From Eledone cirrhosa (lineage: Eukaryota): 64,000 nt of DNA. The position numbers and the translations under genes are program-made. How positions within the stretch are numbered: position 1 is the first letter of the stretch; each line of letters starts with the position of its first letter. Shown in pieces: positions 13,820 to 28,380 of this stretch. Below the pieces are notes generated by a model, which made no database searches, had not been told where the DNA came from, and saw only the letters and a program-made list of their open reading frames with translations. The stretch spans positions 216,194,001 to 216,258,000 of the forward strand of contig OZ024742.1 of NCBI GenBank assembly GCA_964016885.1, in the 5' to 3' direction.

Positions 13820-14450
13820 TGTTGTTTGCTTCAACGCCCTCCAATGTATTGATCTATCCACTGACAATAACACTTCTGCATAACTAGAATATTCTACGTC
13901 TCTTACTATTTCTGCTGCATTGGTTTGTGCGTTCGTTTTCCCTCCATCTTCATGAAATTATTTTGTATTAATAAGCAAACTGCTTATTTCTTTCGAAGAG
14001 GTGTTATAGATATCTTTTGTCTGTTTAGTGAGAATCCCCAACTTTAAGCTCCAATTGTTTTTTGTTTTCTTTTTTGTCTAATTTGGTTTATATATTGTCT
14101 CTTGGATTTTTTTCTTTCCTCCATTTCGTTTTTTACTTCCTTAAGTCTTGTGTAATTTGATAATTTATTTCTCTCTTACATTTTACGTTTGTTTTCCCGG
14201 TGTTATGCATGTAATATTTGAGAAAATACTGTGGCTGTTGCATAGATTATTTTGCTTATAATGGTGATATTAATGTTTCTATTTTTCCCTCGTATCTGTT
14301 ATGACATTGTTGTCCGTATGTGTTTTATATCTTGCTGAGTCGTATAGGGATCAGTTAATTTATTGTTGATTTGATTTCAACGTTAATATTTCTCATGACA
14401 AAGAGATTTCTTTGATATTTCGGAATACAATCTTATGATTTTTAAACATT
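13820..14450 (-). mobile_element. Very old RTE-like LINE remnant
   Basis: Vestigial YADD-like (TDNNVITDTREK) and C-terminal DRSIHWRALK motifs. Heavily decayed. Confidence 0.3.
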
Positions 14451-14892
14451 TATTAATTTCCAATTTTAGTGATTGATATATGCAATATTTCCAGGTTTAG
14501 AACTTTCTTTTCTCAGTTATTTCTGATATGCAATTTTATTCACAATTTTTAGTTTGACTTTTCGTGGTTGCTACTCTGTCTGTGTGTTACGTTACTTGTT
14601 TGGTAACGAGACTTTTAAAGCTATCTATATATTTAAAATTGTATTTAACTTAATATTTATATAATGACATATTATTTCTTTGCAAATATGGTAAATCTGG
14701 AAAGTGGTCATCAGCAAACAATAGATTGTTTTCGTTTATATTCACATTTCTTTTGTTATTTGGCACATTACGCAATAAAGAATATGCTGAATAATGGAAC
14801 TTTGAATCTATTAGAAATAAAATTATTTCACTGATTGAAAGTAAAGATTAGGGAACGATATAGAATTTTCCATTGTAAAAACAGTGTAAATA

Positions 14893-14893
<1 letters not shown>

Positions 14894-14990
<97 letters not shown>
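14894..14990. repeat. (GT)n microsatellite
   Basis: Direct reading. Confidence 0.97.
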
Positions 14991-14991
<1 letters not shown>

Positions 14992-15505
14992 CGAATATGT
15001 GAATTATAGCGGTGTATATAAAAGAATATTCAATATGTTTATGTATAATAAACTTAATAGAGTCTTGTTATGAATATTTCTTAAAGCTGTGATCAAATCA
15101 CAATCTCAGTAGTGGTGAGAGTAACTGATAGCTATTTCTGAATTTGTATCCGCCATCAGTGTCATTTACTTATTCGCTTCTGAGACAAAATATGCTAAAG
15201 CCTATATGGTATTTGCATATGATATATTGGCTAGAGATGCAAACTTGACTGGTGAAAGGATGGTAATTTGAAGTGCACAAATATAGCGTATTTCATCACA
15301 GCAGTATATATGTATGAATGTAAATATGTTTGGTATATACGCATGTATGTATTACATTTATTCACAAAACACAGACAGTTAGAGGAATATGCGCATATAT
15401 ACATACATGGGTAGGTACATATATACATAGATATATCTATGCGTACATACGTACACACATACACGCACACACACGCACACACGCCACACACACACACACA
15501 AACAC

Positions 15506-15561
<56 letters not shown>

Positions 15562-16612
15562 GCACAACTCATATTTATATATGTGATTTTATCTGTGTGT
15601 ATGCATGAATTTATTACATTATACATTTCTTATGATTGCATTTTATATTTTGTGTAAAAACCCTTCGAATTTATTTTTTCTCGTTAAAATCCTTTTTCTC
15701 ATTGATGCTATCGGCTTTCATCGTTGAGAGAAAAACAGATCCAAAATTATATAAATATATTGAGAAACAATTACAAAATAAAGTTTAAATTAATTAGCCG
15801 AATAAGATAACCAACTTAGCAGCCAAATTAAAACTCATGCCAATGCATTAAATGTCATATCTCATAAAAAAAGATATAATTCAGAATAATGCAAGATTTT
15901 AAACTTCTTTTTTTATTTAACAATAATGTATTTATTTCATTTCATTTCATTTCATTTATTTACTTTTCAGTTGTTTGTTATTTTAATACGTCTGTTATAG
16001 CCAGAAAAATAAAACAACTCGATCAATTTACTAATTATGGACTTTTTATATATGCTATAATTCAGTCATTGAGTTCCATTAGAGCAAACGAGAGATATAT
16101 TTATTTGTTCTGTCTAGGCCTCTTGCCAAATGTCACATAGTGATAGCGAACAGCTGCGAATAACTACTTCCCTATTTCGTTATTGGTAATTATGGTACTT
16201 TTTACGTTGTTACTAGGCGGGTGAGACATCGCATCTAAATTATACTTGAATTACACCGTGCCACTTTCTATAAAGAAAACATTGTATAAGGTAGTCCGTG
16301 GTCTCTTAATAAAGGAGTTATTTACAACATAAACGTATCTGATCATTTATCTGCCTGATCGTGCCTGGCCTAGGATTATGCAACACTACAAGAACACGCT
16401 GTGTCATCATATATTTTTTGTCATATTGAATAGACAGCTAATTCTGTACATAGATGATATACAGATTTATCACAGAATAAATGTTTCGGGGTTTTAATAT
16501 ATGAACTCATTTGCTTTTCATTCTTTGTCACGAAAAATATAATGTAGATGTAACAATATTTTGTCATAAGCCTTGTTAAAATGAACAAATGTAAACACTT
16601 TAATTATCCTTG

Positions 16613-16648
<36 letters not shown>

Positions 16649-17279
16649 AACATGTGGGATTGTTGATACAATGTGAACAGCTTCTTCAGCATAAAACAAG
16701 CAAAACACTTACCATTTTGCCTACGAAGATAATGTGGAGCAAAATACTATTTAGACAAACTCATCAAAACTTAACTGAATGGCCAGTCTAATTTATGACA
16801 TATGCATTTGTTTGGTACGAAATTAAGTTATACAGATTTTATTAGACCATATTCAATCTCAATATTCTTCTCACTAAGTTTATCAATTAATCGCTATCAA
16901 ACATTGATATGACACTAAAGTTTTAGCACAGAAATTAACGGAGTTGAAATTAAGATTTTTGTTTGTTTGACCAATTCATTTGTATCTGAAACAGATTTCA
17001 TACAGAGGATTTTGATTGTGCGGAAAATGAGATTTTAAATATATCTATTTCTTTATCCCTCATTTAAACTGAAAATGAAAGTCGGTTGGACTAACTACCA
17101 GTTGAAATCAAAACATTGATGTTGGATTGTCTCAGATGGAACGTATTTCTTACCCTACTCACCAAAATTTATGCCGACTAACTGCTAAAATTTTAAGGGA
17201 AATATTTCTTGAATCTTCAATTTTGTGATTCATAATTTACAAGCCACAGATACATTTATATCCTACTTTTCACTCGCAT

Positions 17280-17468
17280 TGGTGGATTGGCAGTATCGGT
17301 AGACGGTCGGACGTCATGCTTTGACGCATAGAATTACGGCCCTTTCCATTCTGAGTTCAAATCCCGCCGAGGTCAACTTTGCCTTTCATCCTTACGGGGT
17401 CGATAAAATAAAGTATCAGTAATGTACTGGGTATTTGCTGGCCTTGTGCCAAATGTAGAAACAATTAT
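17280..17468 (+). mobile_element. SINE family A
   Basis: Full consensus with A and B boxes. Confidence 0.9.
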
Positions 17469-17957
17469 ATTTGCTTACAATTTTCTTTATTTTCCTTGAC
17501 GTTTCTCTCTTATTTCCTTCTTTCATTTTTGTTACTTCTTTTATATTTTTGTTGGCAGAATTGTGATTTTGATTCTCTTTTTTACTCATATTTTTTCCGT
17601 ATTTCCATCGTTTGCGTGTTTCGGTTTAGTTGTTTGGGTTTGAAATAATATCGTCTCGACTAACAATTTAATGTTCTAAGTGGTGTATGTCTTCTTACAT
17701 TATCCATCTGAAAATTGTAGATATGTTGAACGAAATGCGTGACATAACATAGAATTCAATAAGACATTACTACTCAGCTTTAATATTTTACTGTCACACT
17801 GTTTTTTAGCGTTATAAAGCCACTGGGACATTAGATAATATTCCGTTTATCGACGGTTATATGAGACAAATAGAACATTAGTAAAGGTAACTAATTATAA
17901 TTGAGATGAATGGACACACAGAATAAAACATATTTTGTTCTTCATGTTGTTATCCCC

Positions 17958-18077
17958 CCTTCCTCCTCTTCCTTCTTCTTCTTCTTCTTCTTCTTCTTCT
18001 TCTTCTTCTTCTTCTTCTTCTTCTTCTTCTTCTTCTTCTTCTTCTTCTTCTTCTTCTTCTTCTTCTTCTTCTTCTTC
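17958..18077. repeat. (TTC)n microsatellite
   Basis: Direct reading. Confidence 0.97.
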
Positions 18078-18899
18078 ATGAGGAACCCACACCAAACCTG
18101 ATCGAGCAGACAGAGTTATTCAAAATTATTAGCTGCAAGGCTATATTATCCAATCGTTTTTTTTTTAGATTTGGCCACTACTTTTACCCATAAATTGTAG
18201 TGTCTAACTTAATATAAATGAGTTGTTGCAAATGTTAGAACGACTGTTTATTCGGTGGAGTTTAGTAATTCCTATTCTTCTATTCACATCTCTGCTTTAA
18301 CTTCTAGCCAGTCAACGTTGATAAAACCTAAATATAATGATGCAAATATATATATTTATTTTCAGTTACATAAACCATTATATCTCTGGGCACAAAACTA
18401 GGTATTCCAACGATAAATTGCTTAAGATGTATGTGTTATCACAACTATTTTATAACAAATCCTTCCAATTTTGCTGAATGATCCAAGTTTCATGAGATAT
18501 TATTAAGTAATAATCGATATATGAAATACACCTATGACCTAAAACTATCACAAAAAGGCAATCTTCTTTCAGAAGATATAAATTGGTTGAGTAGAGAGAA
18601 TTGAAATTTGAAACACAATGAATATATTCATAGATAGTTAACCGATTCTGTGTGACAACCAGTGAAATGCCTAACAATATTTTTATACACCTTTTATTGC
18701 ATGACAATGAGAAATGCGCAACAACATATGGATTTTTAAACATTTATGAAAATTATCGAATTATTCTAACCTTCAGATTTAATATTTTCTGCTTTCAATG
18801 TTCAGCTTTAACAAAAGAGCACAAATATGGGAAGTAATTGGCATACATTTTGAAGCGACTTTAGAAATATTTTACTTCGTCGTTTTTCAAATACGCTCT

Positions 18900-19700
18900 G
18901 GTTCACTTTGTAATTGATTCTCCTAAAATAGAGTAGATATATACCAGTATTGTATCTGGGACAGATTTAAATATTCACTGCTTCTGTTTGGGGATTGTAA
19001 TTTATGCATCATTTAGAAATCAATAGATTTCACGTAGACAAGTTATGCTATATGCTAGTGCAAAACTCTATCAATGAATCAGCATTCTTGCTCTCTGAAT
19101 ATAATGTAAATCTGAACCGACATGCTTTTCTAATAGGAGAAACAATAAGAAGAAATGTTATAGGATTCATTGTAGTATTTACAGGAATTTCATTCCAAGG
19201 AATCCGATCAATTATCACTGCCAAGAGCATCATTATTGCTTCTATCTCCATTACCAGTACTGCCATCGTATATTCAGTCATCTTATAACTAATCATGGTT
19301 TGATTGAAGTGTAGTTAAAATCCAAAAAAGATGCTTTGCTTTATCATGATTAGGATGGTACTCGCCTTAGGCTGATCAGAAGAAATATATCTGATTCAAC
19401 CAGTGTTCAAGTGTAAAAAATAGTATAAAATATGCAAACGGCAAAATACTATATAAAGTTAAATCGTAAACATAACATTTCAACAAAGTCTATTGTTCAC
19501 TTTTAGAATCAGGCAAAGTATGAGAAAAATAAATCCCTCTCGCTTTGAAGTTTAGTTCTCCTTCATGCTGATTAAACCTATTCGGCGTAGCACCAATAAA
19601 GCTATTACACCTTCTGGCGTTTAGAGCTAGTTTCAATTACAGCCTTGTTATACCCACTAAGACATCCATTCCTTTTACCAGGAAATAAACAGATGTATCA
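18900..19700 (-). mobile_element. Ancient CR1/L2-like RT remnant
   Basis: Vestiges in the expected order: GPDG-like (~19615), FLDF (~19325), EIPVNTTMNPITFLLIV (resembling GVPQGSVLGPLLFLIY). Confidence 0.35.
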
Positions 19701-20299
19701 ATTTCTAATGGTTGCTTGTCTGAAAACGCTTCTAAGCAATTGCTGATCTTTTTCTTTTGTGACACGATTATTTACTTACTCAGATCCGTTATCAACTGCT
19801 AAATGAGAAATCCACAGTTGAATATTTCAGCTAGATCCCTTATAAATTGATGACATATAACTAGGTACAACACAAGCCCAAAATATGCGTTGTTCCTCAT
19901 CATGTACGTGCGATAGGTTTGGAGATGACATTTTCATTTTATAAAAGCATAAAATCTTCTATGATTTCAAACAAACACCTTATATTATTAATCATTGGAA
20001 GGTGCAAGTTAAGTATAATTATTTATAGAAACCTTTTAATTATGTATTGCCTATATTCCTTAACTACGCTTAGAATACTATCTAACAGTAAATAAAGATT
20101 CGTATATGACCACCACTCTCATTGTAAATGTATATGGTTATGTTGACTAACTGAAAACCGACGGATGTACCTGTCTATATAAGCAAACTATGCATTGACG
20201 TAGCCGTGAATTGACTAATGATGCATTTCATTCGCAAATGGAGGGTGAATTCATCTTTCGCCACGAAATATGCTATTTTCAGCAGGGGTGATTCGTTTG

Positions 20300-21450
20300 T
20301 TATCCACCTAAAGCTAGGGATACCAAAGTTACGCATTTGAATATCATTAGAAATTCTTTTAAGAGAGAAATCCTTTTAAGAGAGAACTACGTATTTTACG
20401 CAGATATTTCTGTATATAAATGGAATATAATTCATCCTTCTGTTTTATAGTACACTGACTGATATTTTCTGCGACTATGTGTGTATGAATTTAGAATACT
20501 CAGATACATTTGCCTTTCCTTACCCACATCTGGATTCAGAAAGTATCCTAACAGATCATCATCAACAATTCCGTACATAACACACATGATGAACTATACA
20601 TCGATTACATTCCGTATACCTACAATGATATAAAGAATACTCTCGATATTTCCTCTAGCTGAGTGCACTGATTTCGAGATTCCAATATACCCACTAGGTT
20701 TATTTTCTGTGCGTGTGTATGATTCTATTATGACGAAACTATGTATGCTTGTTTTTCTATTTTCAGCCTGGTTCTTTCACCGTACAAAAGATTAGCCAAT
20801 GCACCGGTCATCATTTCTCTGAATATAGCAAAACGAGAAATGTAGTATATATGATTCTGAATCGATTAACATTTTGCTGAAGTAGGTAATTTACTTTAGA
20901 TAAGAAGACGCAGCAATTATCAGAAAATAGTGTATCTATAATGTGCCTTTTTAAACAGCATCAGCAATAACCAAAAGCGAATATACATAGGGTTAGTTAT
21001 AGCAGCAGCAGTCATAACTGAAGAAAGAAAATATTGATATAGATTTCGACATACATTTATTTGAAACTTGAAAGGTTAATGAATAAGATTTGTCTTCTTA
21101 TATGCTTGCTGATAAGCTTATTTCAAAATATTAATTTTTTGCAGTGATACTCGTAGCTTAAAAAGGAAATAGACTTAAAAACATCGTATTTGTATTTGGA
21201 ACCTTTTCTTTATTATTAGTTTCTGTTATAAAACAAATATGTAGTACTTGTGCAGTCTGGATTAGTAACAATAGTGTATTAGCTCCATGTAATTTACGCC
21301 TACTAGTCAGATCCGTTTACACTTCAATCACTGTTTATTCAGTGTATACCCAATCGCATTGAAGGACCACAACGTTTTTGTCTTCTAGTTTCAGATATCC
21401 ATAAACTGCTGGCAAAGCATGATGAACAACACGTTTTTTTCTGTTCTGAG
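20300..21450 (-). mobile_element. Decayed RTE-clade LINE RT remnant
   Basis: LFSDNCCVFLSKVNYLLQQNVNRF at ~20860-20930 matches the RTE LFADDCAL...LQxxVNRF pattern. A downstream YLGS-like remnant is present. Confidence 0.55.
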
Positions 21451-22346
21451 GGCAAGTAGATAACGGGGCTAACAATAAAAGCAAATCGATCAGGCCTACT
21501 GATCATCATATATATGCATTTGTTAGTGCGCAGAGTGGGTACATTCTGGCATCCCTACGCATTCTTCTCGGCACATGTGGACGATATTCTTCAGCAATTT
21601 TCAACAGAGATGTTTTGGTGGATATCCCCCACCCAGCAACCCAAACATATCTTTGAATGATTTCCATCCCCCATTCATTTAAAATGGATACATTATCATC
21701 AAATTCTACAGGAAAGGGGAATACAGGATTCTATTATTTCTAATTGTATTCTCTGAATATGTAAAACCCAAGATCAAACACAGCTATCCTATGTACTTAT
21801 ACTCCAAAAATGCACTGACCAATAGATAAAATTAGTAACAAGCGGTTCGAAAGATTTCTGGGAGAGATGCTACCCAGCAACTTTCAGCAAACGTCAGGAT
21901 AATGACTAGTGTCCCATCATGGTGAGCCCATAGCTTTGAGCTACCTGGAACTGCTATATTTTAATAAGAATTACAAATGACATTACAAGTTGACTCCGGA
22001 ACCTGACCGACAAGATTCCTCTGTGAGAATGGAGCCAGGCATAACAATGTATGGATATTAGCGAACTCTAATGTGTATACAAAGCTTCATATCTGATGTG
22101 ATGTTCTAAATAATAGACATGTCTACAAAGGCCAACTCCCAAAATTTAAGATTTAACAGGAAAATCTTCATCGATATATAAATGCATATATTAATAGTCA
22201 CGAATTGCATGAAGCTTATTGGCTATTATAACTATTAACTGAGACCATCTCTTGAAGGTCGTTCTTACAACATTATTAGCCCCACCATAAACAGGTTGAA
22301 ACCAATATATATGCATTCGTATGTATGTATATATATATATATAATA

Positions 22347-23295
22347 CTAGCAGCAGGTCCCAGAGTTGCCTGGGTAGGTAAAATAATATCTGCTTTGATG
22401 AAAAGGTGTTAATCTGAGCGACTGCGAGTTTCTTGAAAATCGGTAGTAAGGTGTAGCTAATGGCCTAAATGTTGAGTGAAATCGTATGGAATATGTGGGA
22501 GGTGGAAAAAAATCGTATTTTGAAGAGTTAAACGGCTGCCACGCGGTCCCTGAACAAAAAATGCAAAGTGTAAAGCTACTATAAGATGTGCAATGATAGG
22601 TTCTATCGTAGTATAAAAGTTGAACCAAATAAATTGATTTATGTGTGAGGTGGAGCCGAAGTTTCGAATTTGAACGAAATCGGTTAAAAAATGTGGGAGC
22701 TACAGCCGAAAAGGCGGAAATTTGAGCGAATTGGTGGTATCTTCGAATATTTAAGCGGCTGCCACGCCGTTCCTGAACAAAAAATCCAAAAATGTAAAGC
22801 TTTAAGACGTGAAATAATCATATATAGCGTAGTGTAAAATTTGAACAAAGTAGGTTGATTCATGTGGGAGCTAGAGCCGAAAAAGTGGAAATTTTTAGTC
22901 TAAAAGTGTTATTTTTGAATATTTAAGCGGCTGCCACCACGTCCCTGAACAACAAATACAAAATATAAAGCGATTACAGGATGTGCAATGATAAATTCTA
23001 TTTTGTTTTAAAAGTTGAACGAAATCGATGGCAAAATGTGAGAACTAGAGCCAACATTCTTATTTTTCGATACCTAAAAAAAGGTGACCCCTATCGATTT
23101 TTATCTGCAGAATGACTCCGGAATAAAAGTAAAAACGATACGCTGATATATAGATATCACTCCCCGATGACTAATCTATGAGCCTGTAAAGTTTCATGAA
23201 AATCGGTCGTAAGATGTAGGCCCCAATAAGTAATACACAGACACACAGACAGACACACAGACACACACATACTTAATTTTATATATATATACAGA
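22347..23295 (-). mobile_element. Non-autonomous Helitron with internal ~170-220-bp tandem repeats
   Basis: The minus strand starts A|TCTGTATATATATATAAAA followed by a GTCT/GT microsatellite. It ends with hairpin CCCAG-GCAACT-CTGGG then CTAG|T. It sits between A and T with no TSD. CGGCTGCCAC...CCTGAACAA recurs at ~22533, 22757 and 22928. Confidence 0.85.
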
Positions 23296-23393
23296 TATAT
23301 ATGTATGTAAAAGGTAAACAGAGATAACAACACAATCGGTACAGTATATGGAAAGGATATATTATGTTAACACTTGATATAGCAGGAAGAGGG

Positions 23394-23430
23394 TCTTAAC
23401 GTTTCGGACGCTAGTCCTTCATCGGAAGAA
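23394..23430 (-). ncRNA. Minimal type I hammerhead ribozyme motif (PLE-type, CCGAUGA variant)
   Basis: TCTT-CCGATGA-A-GGAC tagc GTCC-GAAACGTTA-AGA: stem II GGAC/GTCC, palindromic AACGTT stem III, short stem I. Confidence 0.7.
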
Positions 23431-23495
23431 ATAATGAGAAATAAGATAGATTGACATCTTGTTGATATCTTTTGCAAAACTGTATATACACACAC

Positions 23496-23581
<86 letters not shown>

Positions 23582-23686
23582 AGTATATATATATATAATA
23601 TATATATATGTGTGTATATATATATGTATATATATATATGTCTGTATGTGTGTGTATGTGTATATGTATGTGTATATATATATGTA

Positions 23687-23767
<81 letters not shown>

Positions 23768-23771
<4 letters not shown>

Positions 23772-24369
23772 GAATAATCGAGCATCGGAAAATCGGCGCA
23801 CGAGTTCACGATAAACAAAATTCGATATGAGCGGCAGAGGGCTCAATAATTTAGATAAATCAGAGCTATAACTATCGTTAAGACACCGTCACACATAGAA
23901 CAAGTCTATAATCAACCATGCGACCGAAAAATTGCGATCTGGAAGATTCGGGACACTCAGATAAAAAATCAATAAATCAATAAATCAAATGAATGTAAAA
24001 AGCATACCCGGACCCGCTAGAAAGATGGTAAATCTAGCTTCTTGGGTTTCTGTAAATCCTTAAACTGTCCTCTATCAGCTCACATAAAAATATATAAGAC
24101 TTCTAGATACCAGCGGACGGGAATTTACTTCCTCAACGAGCTTTGTCCAAACGAATGAAAAGGCATAACCCAGGTTAAATACGCACATGGAATTCAGCAA
24201 GGGAGATAACCTCTGTATCCGCGAAAAATATTCGGGAAAATGTGGAAATACACATATCGAATAAGAGTGCTCAATAGACATGTTAAAATAAACAGGAGCT
24301 ATTCATCATTCAATAGAATCGACAAAAAAATGAACAATAAAATTAACTGGTCAATAGCTAGGTCTAGAG

Positions 24370-24370
<1 letters not shown>
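23768..24370. mobile_element. Unclassified ~600-bp insertion between two long (TA)n tracts
   Basis: CpG-richer complex sequence sharply bounded by TA microsatellites. No ORF. Confidence 0.4.
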
Positions 24371-24429
<59 letters not shown>

Positions 24430-24521
24430 GTATATATATATGTATATATGTGTATATATATGTATGTATATATATATATATATATACATACATATACATA
24501 CACATATATACATATATATAT

Positions 24522-24661
<140 letters not shown>

Positions 24662-27600
24662 GTGTGCTTGACATGAGGTCAGAGATTTTGTCAAAATTTG
24701 CAGAACTAGATGTAACCAAGTAGAGACTTGCCATTTCTGATTTTAAATACAGTATTATCCGCAACCTTTTCAATCCAACTTACGATATTTAAGGCATTCT
24801 TCCTATCGTCGATACTTGAATAGATCCTACGCAAACAACAATCTGTATAAATTACTCTCTTGAAAGTTTTGTATATAGCCTTTATATCACAAGGTCAGTC
24901 TGTCTACATTGATATTCGGTTGTCTAGTTATAATGTAGCTAAGATTGATAATAACCATTTCAATGGAAATTATAACAGTTTCATATATCTCATGTTAAGT
25001 ATATTACAAACTTCGTAGCTAAATCTCTTGCCACGTCCTTAGGAATCTTATTCAGCTTCTCGTTTACTAAGAACATGTTCAATTGCCATGTTCATTAATA
25101 ACAACATTCTAATGTTTTCTATCTTATTTTAACATTATTGTAAGCATCGTTCGTCTGTAACCTTATTTGTAAAAGATCAGTTGAAGAGGAGACGCAGTTT
25201 TAATCTGGAGTAGGAAGCCAATAGAGAATCCCTCTATGGGTTTACGTTATAAACTTACCTCTTAGAACTATCACAAATGAGATATATTTTATTATATCTC
25301 TAGATAGAGCGTCGTACAGTATTTGTTTCTGTTCTTTGCGTTTTGGGTTCAAATCGCTCCGACGTGGCGGCCTGCAAATGGGGCCCCATTTGCTCCTAAT
25401 AGTGAGAGACTGGGAGAGTGGTAGAGACGGAGGCAGTGACAGTGGGAGTTTGCTTCTATTGTGTTCGGACCCGGTGTATATGTATATATTTATTTACTAT
25501 ACCACTTATACTGTTGACATGTTATTGTTTATAAACAAGCAATTAACTGAATACTATTTGGAAGCTTTTCTCAATTACAAATATCAAGGTAATGTATAAA
25601 TATATGAGTCGTTTATGACTAGAAATACATAGAATCTCTCTTAAGATTCACCTCAAATTCATTCAGTTCTTTGCTAGGTTGTGTAGTACAATTAGCGTAT
25701 CCACCCTGTATTTTACAATTGAGAAGACGTTGTCAATATCAAAAGAACTCAAACATCATAAAAATGTTAACGATGTTTTCAGAAGCAGTCATCTTGATAT
25801 AACATCTTTCAATTGATTAAGATGAGTGATTTATAATCTAAATATATGTTTCTAATGTCATTTTAAGGGCAAAAGGTAATTAAATTAATGGTATTCTACT
25901 AATAAAAGGGGTTTATAAAACTTCTGGATCCATTGATGTTGCATCGAATCATGATTGCCATCAATAAATAAAATGACATGCACACACTCACTCACATACA
26001 CACACATAACCACCCCTACCCTCACTCACACATACCTATGCGCGTGCGCGCATTTATGCAATTTTTCTGTTGGCTTATTAGGTATACGTTCATCATCTTC
26101 AATAGAAAACATCTAACAGAAACTGAAGTATGGCCTCCAAGAAATCCGTCAGGAATGAAATTAAGAATCCATAACATCGATATCATTTTGAATGATAAAT
26201 ATACAATAAAATTTCAAATTCAGTATGTAACCAGTATACCATTTAATGTTGCCAGTATACCCTTTAATATCTTTCGAAATCTTTGATATAAGCTTTTCCT
26301 ATATAACTATCTTAATGAGGTATCAACAGGCTGCATGTGTAACGAACACCAAGAAAAAAAATAATAATCAGAATATGATACATATATTCATTTTAGAACG
26401 ATTTTTTATGGGCAGTTTATACATGAAAGCTTGACCCCTGACACGGCTTCAGCCGATCTCTTTTCTCACCTTGAGCCCTTTTCTACTCACTTAACATTTA
26501 TTTGCAGTTTTATTTTTGATTTTATTATTATTTTCGGCTTTAATTTATACAGGCCGTTCTGAGCAGAGTGTCTATTTTTTTAATTACTTCATAGTTTTGT
26601 TTTGTGTACGTTATCTTATTTTATTTGTTCATTAGCGTGATTGTTGAATGGGGGAATAAAAATAGGTTTTCTTTCTTCATTGTACAACAGAGTGGTTTTT
26701 AACAATCACTGTTTTAATACGTATTATATACCAGAGACCCAAGCGTCTAAACGTACTGTTATATAATATGTAATTCAGAAAGAGTTAGAGCCTGATCACT
26801 GGCGAAATATGTGTAACATGTTTAAGTGATATATGTCTCTTCTGATATATACATTTCCTGCGCCTGAGTTTCTGAGAATTTCATAATCTCTCATCACTTC
26901 GAAAGCTCAAATTTAGTATACGATGTAGTTTACATTCAAAGCTGCTTGATTTAGCTTCTCGTTTGGACGCTGATTGTTTAATGGTTAGAGCAGTATGTCG
27001 GTATATAAAAGATATGACGTTTGAGAGTCGTAATAATCGCTAGTCACATTTTTCTGTCTTTACCCGATATAATAAGCAATTTATAAAAACCACCTGTATT
27101 TACATTTATTTTCTGCGTCTGAGTTTGCTACAATATATATATATAGGGTGGGGGGAGTGCATACGTATACGTGTGGGTATGTCTGTGTTTGTTCGCATGT
27201 GTTGTGTATGTCTATATATATGATGCAAGCAGTGTAGTTAGAAGCTGATTCATGAGAGTTGTGTGCAGTGTTGTATCTCTATGTTTGTTGTCTGCAATGT
27301 AGAATTTGTGTCACAAAGAAGAATAGATTTTCTAAAGGGTAAACGATGTGCTAGAGAGCAATGTGACTAAATTTCTTCATACCTGCGAGGAACAATATTA
27401 TGGACATACTTTCAGATTTTAAGCAGATGCAAACGGTCACACCTACACACATGCACACATACGCAAACACTATTACATACACATTCATACATGTGTGTGC
27501 ATCCATGTATGTGTGTGTGTTTATCTATGCATAATTTCATTGAAGCTGGATTTTTTTTGTTGTTGCTTTTTTTGTGCAACAAACTGCAGTACATCATTCG

Positions 27601-28341
27601 CTCTTGAAAATATGTAGATAATGTTCAAAATCCCCAGATAATTCTAAAAAGTAAATTTTCTGAACGTTCATGCAAGTCTGTTCCATAGGAAGTAACGCTT
27701 CAGTTATTTTATTATATTTCGTCTCTTTTTAAAAGGAGGGTCAGATAGGAGATGCTTATGCTGCGTGCTGTTTCTAGGAGGTTGAAGGGTGGTTGGTCAT
27801 AATGGGAGAGTGGGTAGGTAGATGCATGGAATGTTCAATTTATAGAAGTATATATGTGTAGCGTGGGTAATGCGTACGTTTTATGGGTCAGAGAACTTTT
27901 CTTCAGATTTACTCACCTTGAATTATGTGGAGTGTGAGTCAGTGAATCGGAACGGTGCGGTCAGGAAGATGCGAACTCTCAAATGAATTCCAAAATGATG
28001 CAATTTGTATCGATTTCATATTTTCTCACATTTTTGAAAGCCACTCCACTACACCATACACGCTTACGAAATAACTGGCATCATATAACGTATTGTTCTT
28101 TCCAACCGAGACTAATTATAACCAATCAAACATTCTTTCTCAAATGAGAGCTTTCACAAACAATTAAAACATAGATTTCTTTTTAAATGTCACGATTATG
28201 AAGACGCTCGAGCTCTTTTCTCTTCACTTGTGAAATGACAGAATTCGAAGAATCGTGACAGTCAAGGGGCAGCTCCGTTTAAATTTGATGCACCTCTTAA
28301 TCTCGCATTGCGTACTTTTTACTTTTTTACTCGTACATATA

Positions 28342-28380
<39 letters not shown>

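Noticed and set aside
16400-16480. LYIDDIQIY, resembling an L2/CR1 YADD motif
   Set aside because: An isolated motif with no collinear support I could verify.
22480-23050. Recurring repeat with intervening sequence, resembling a CRISPR array
   Set aside because: Units are long and homologous throughout, lie inside a Helitron, and the context is eukaryotic with no cas genes.
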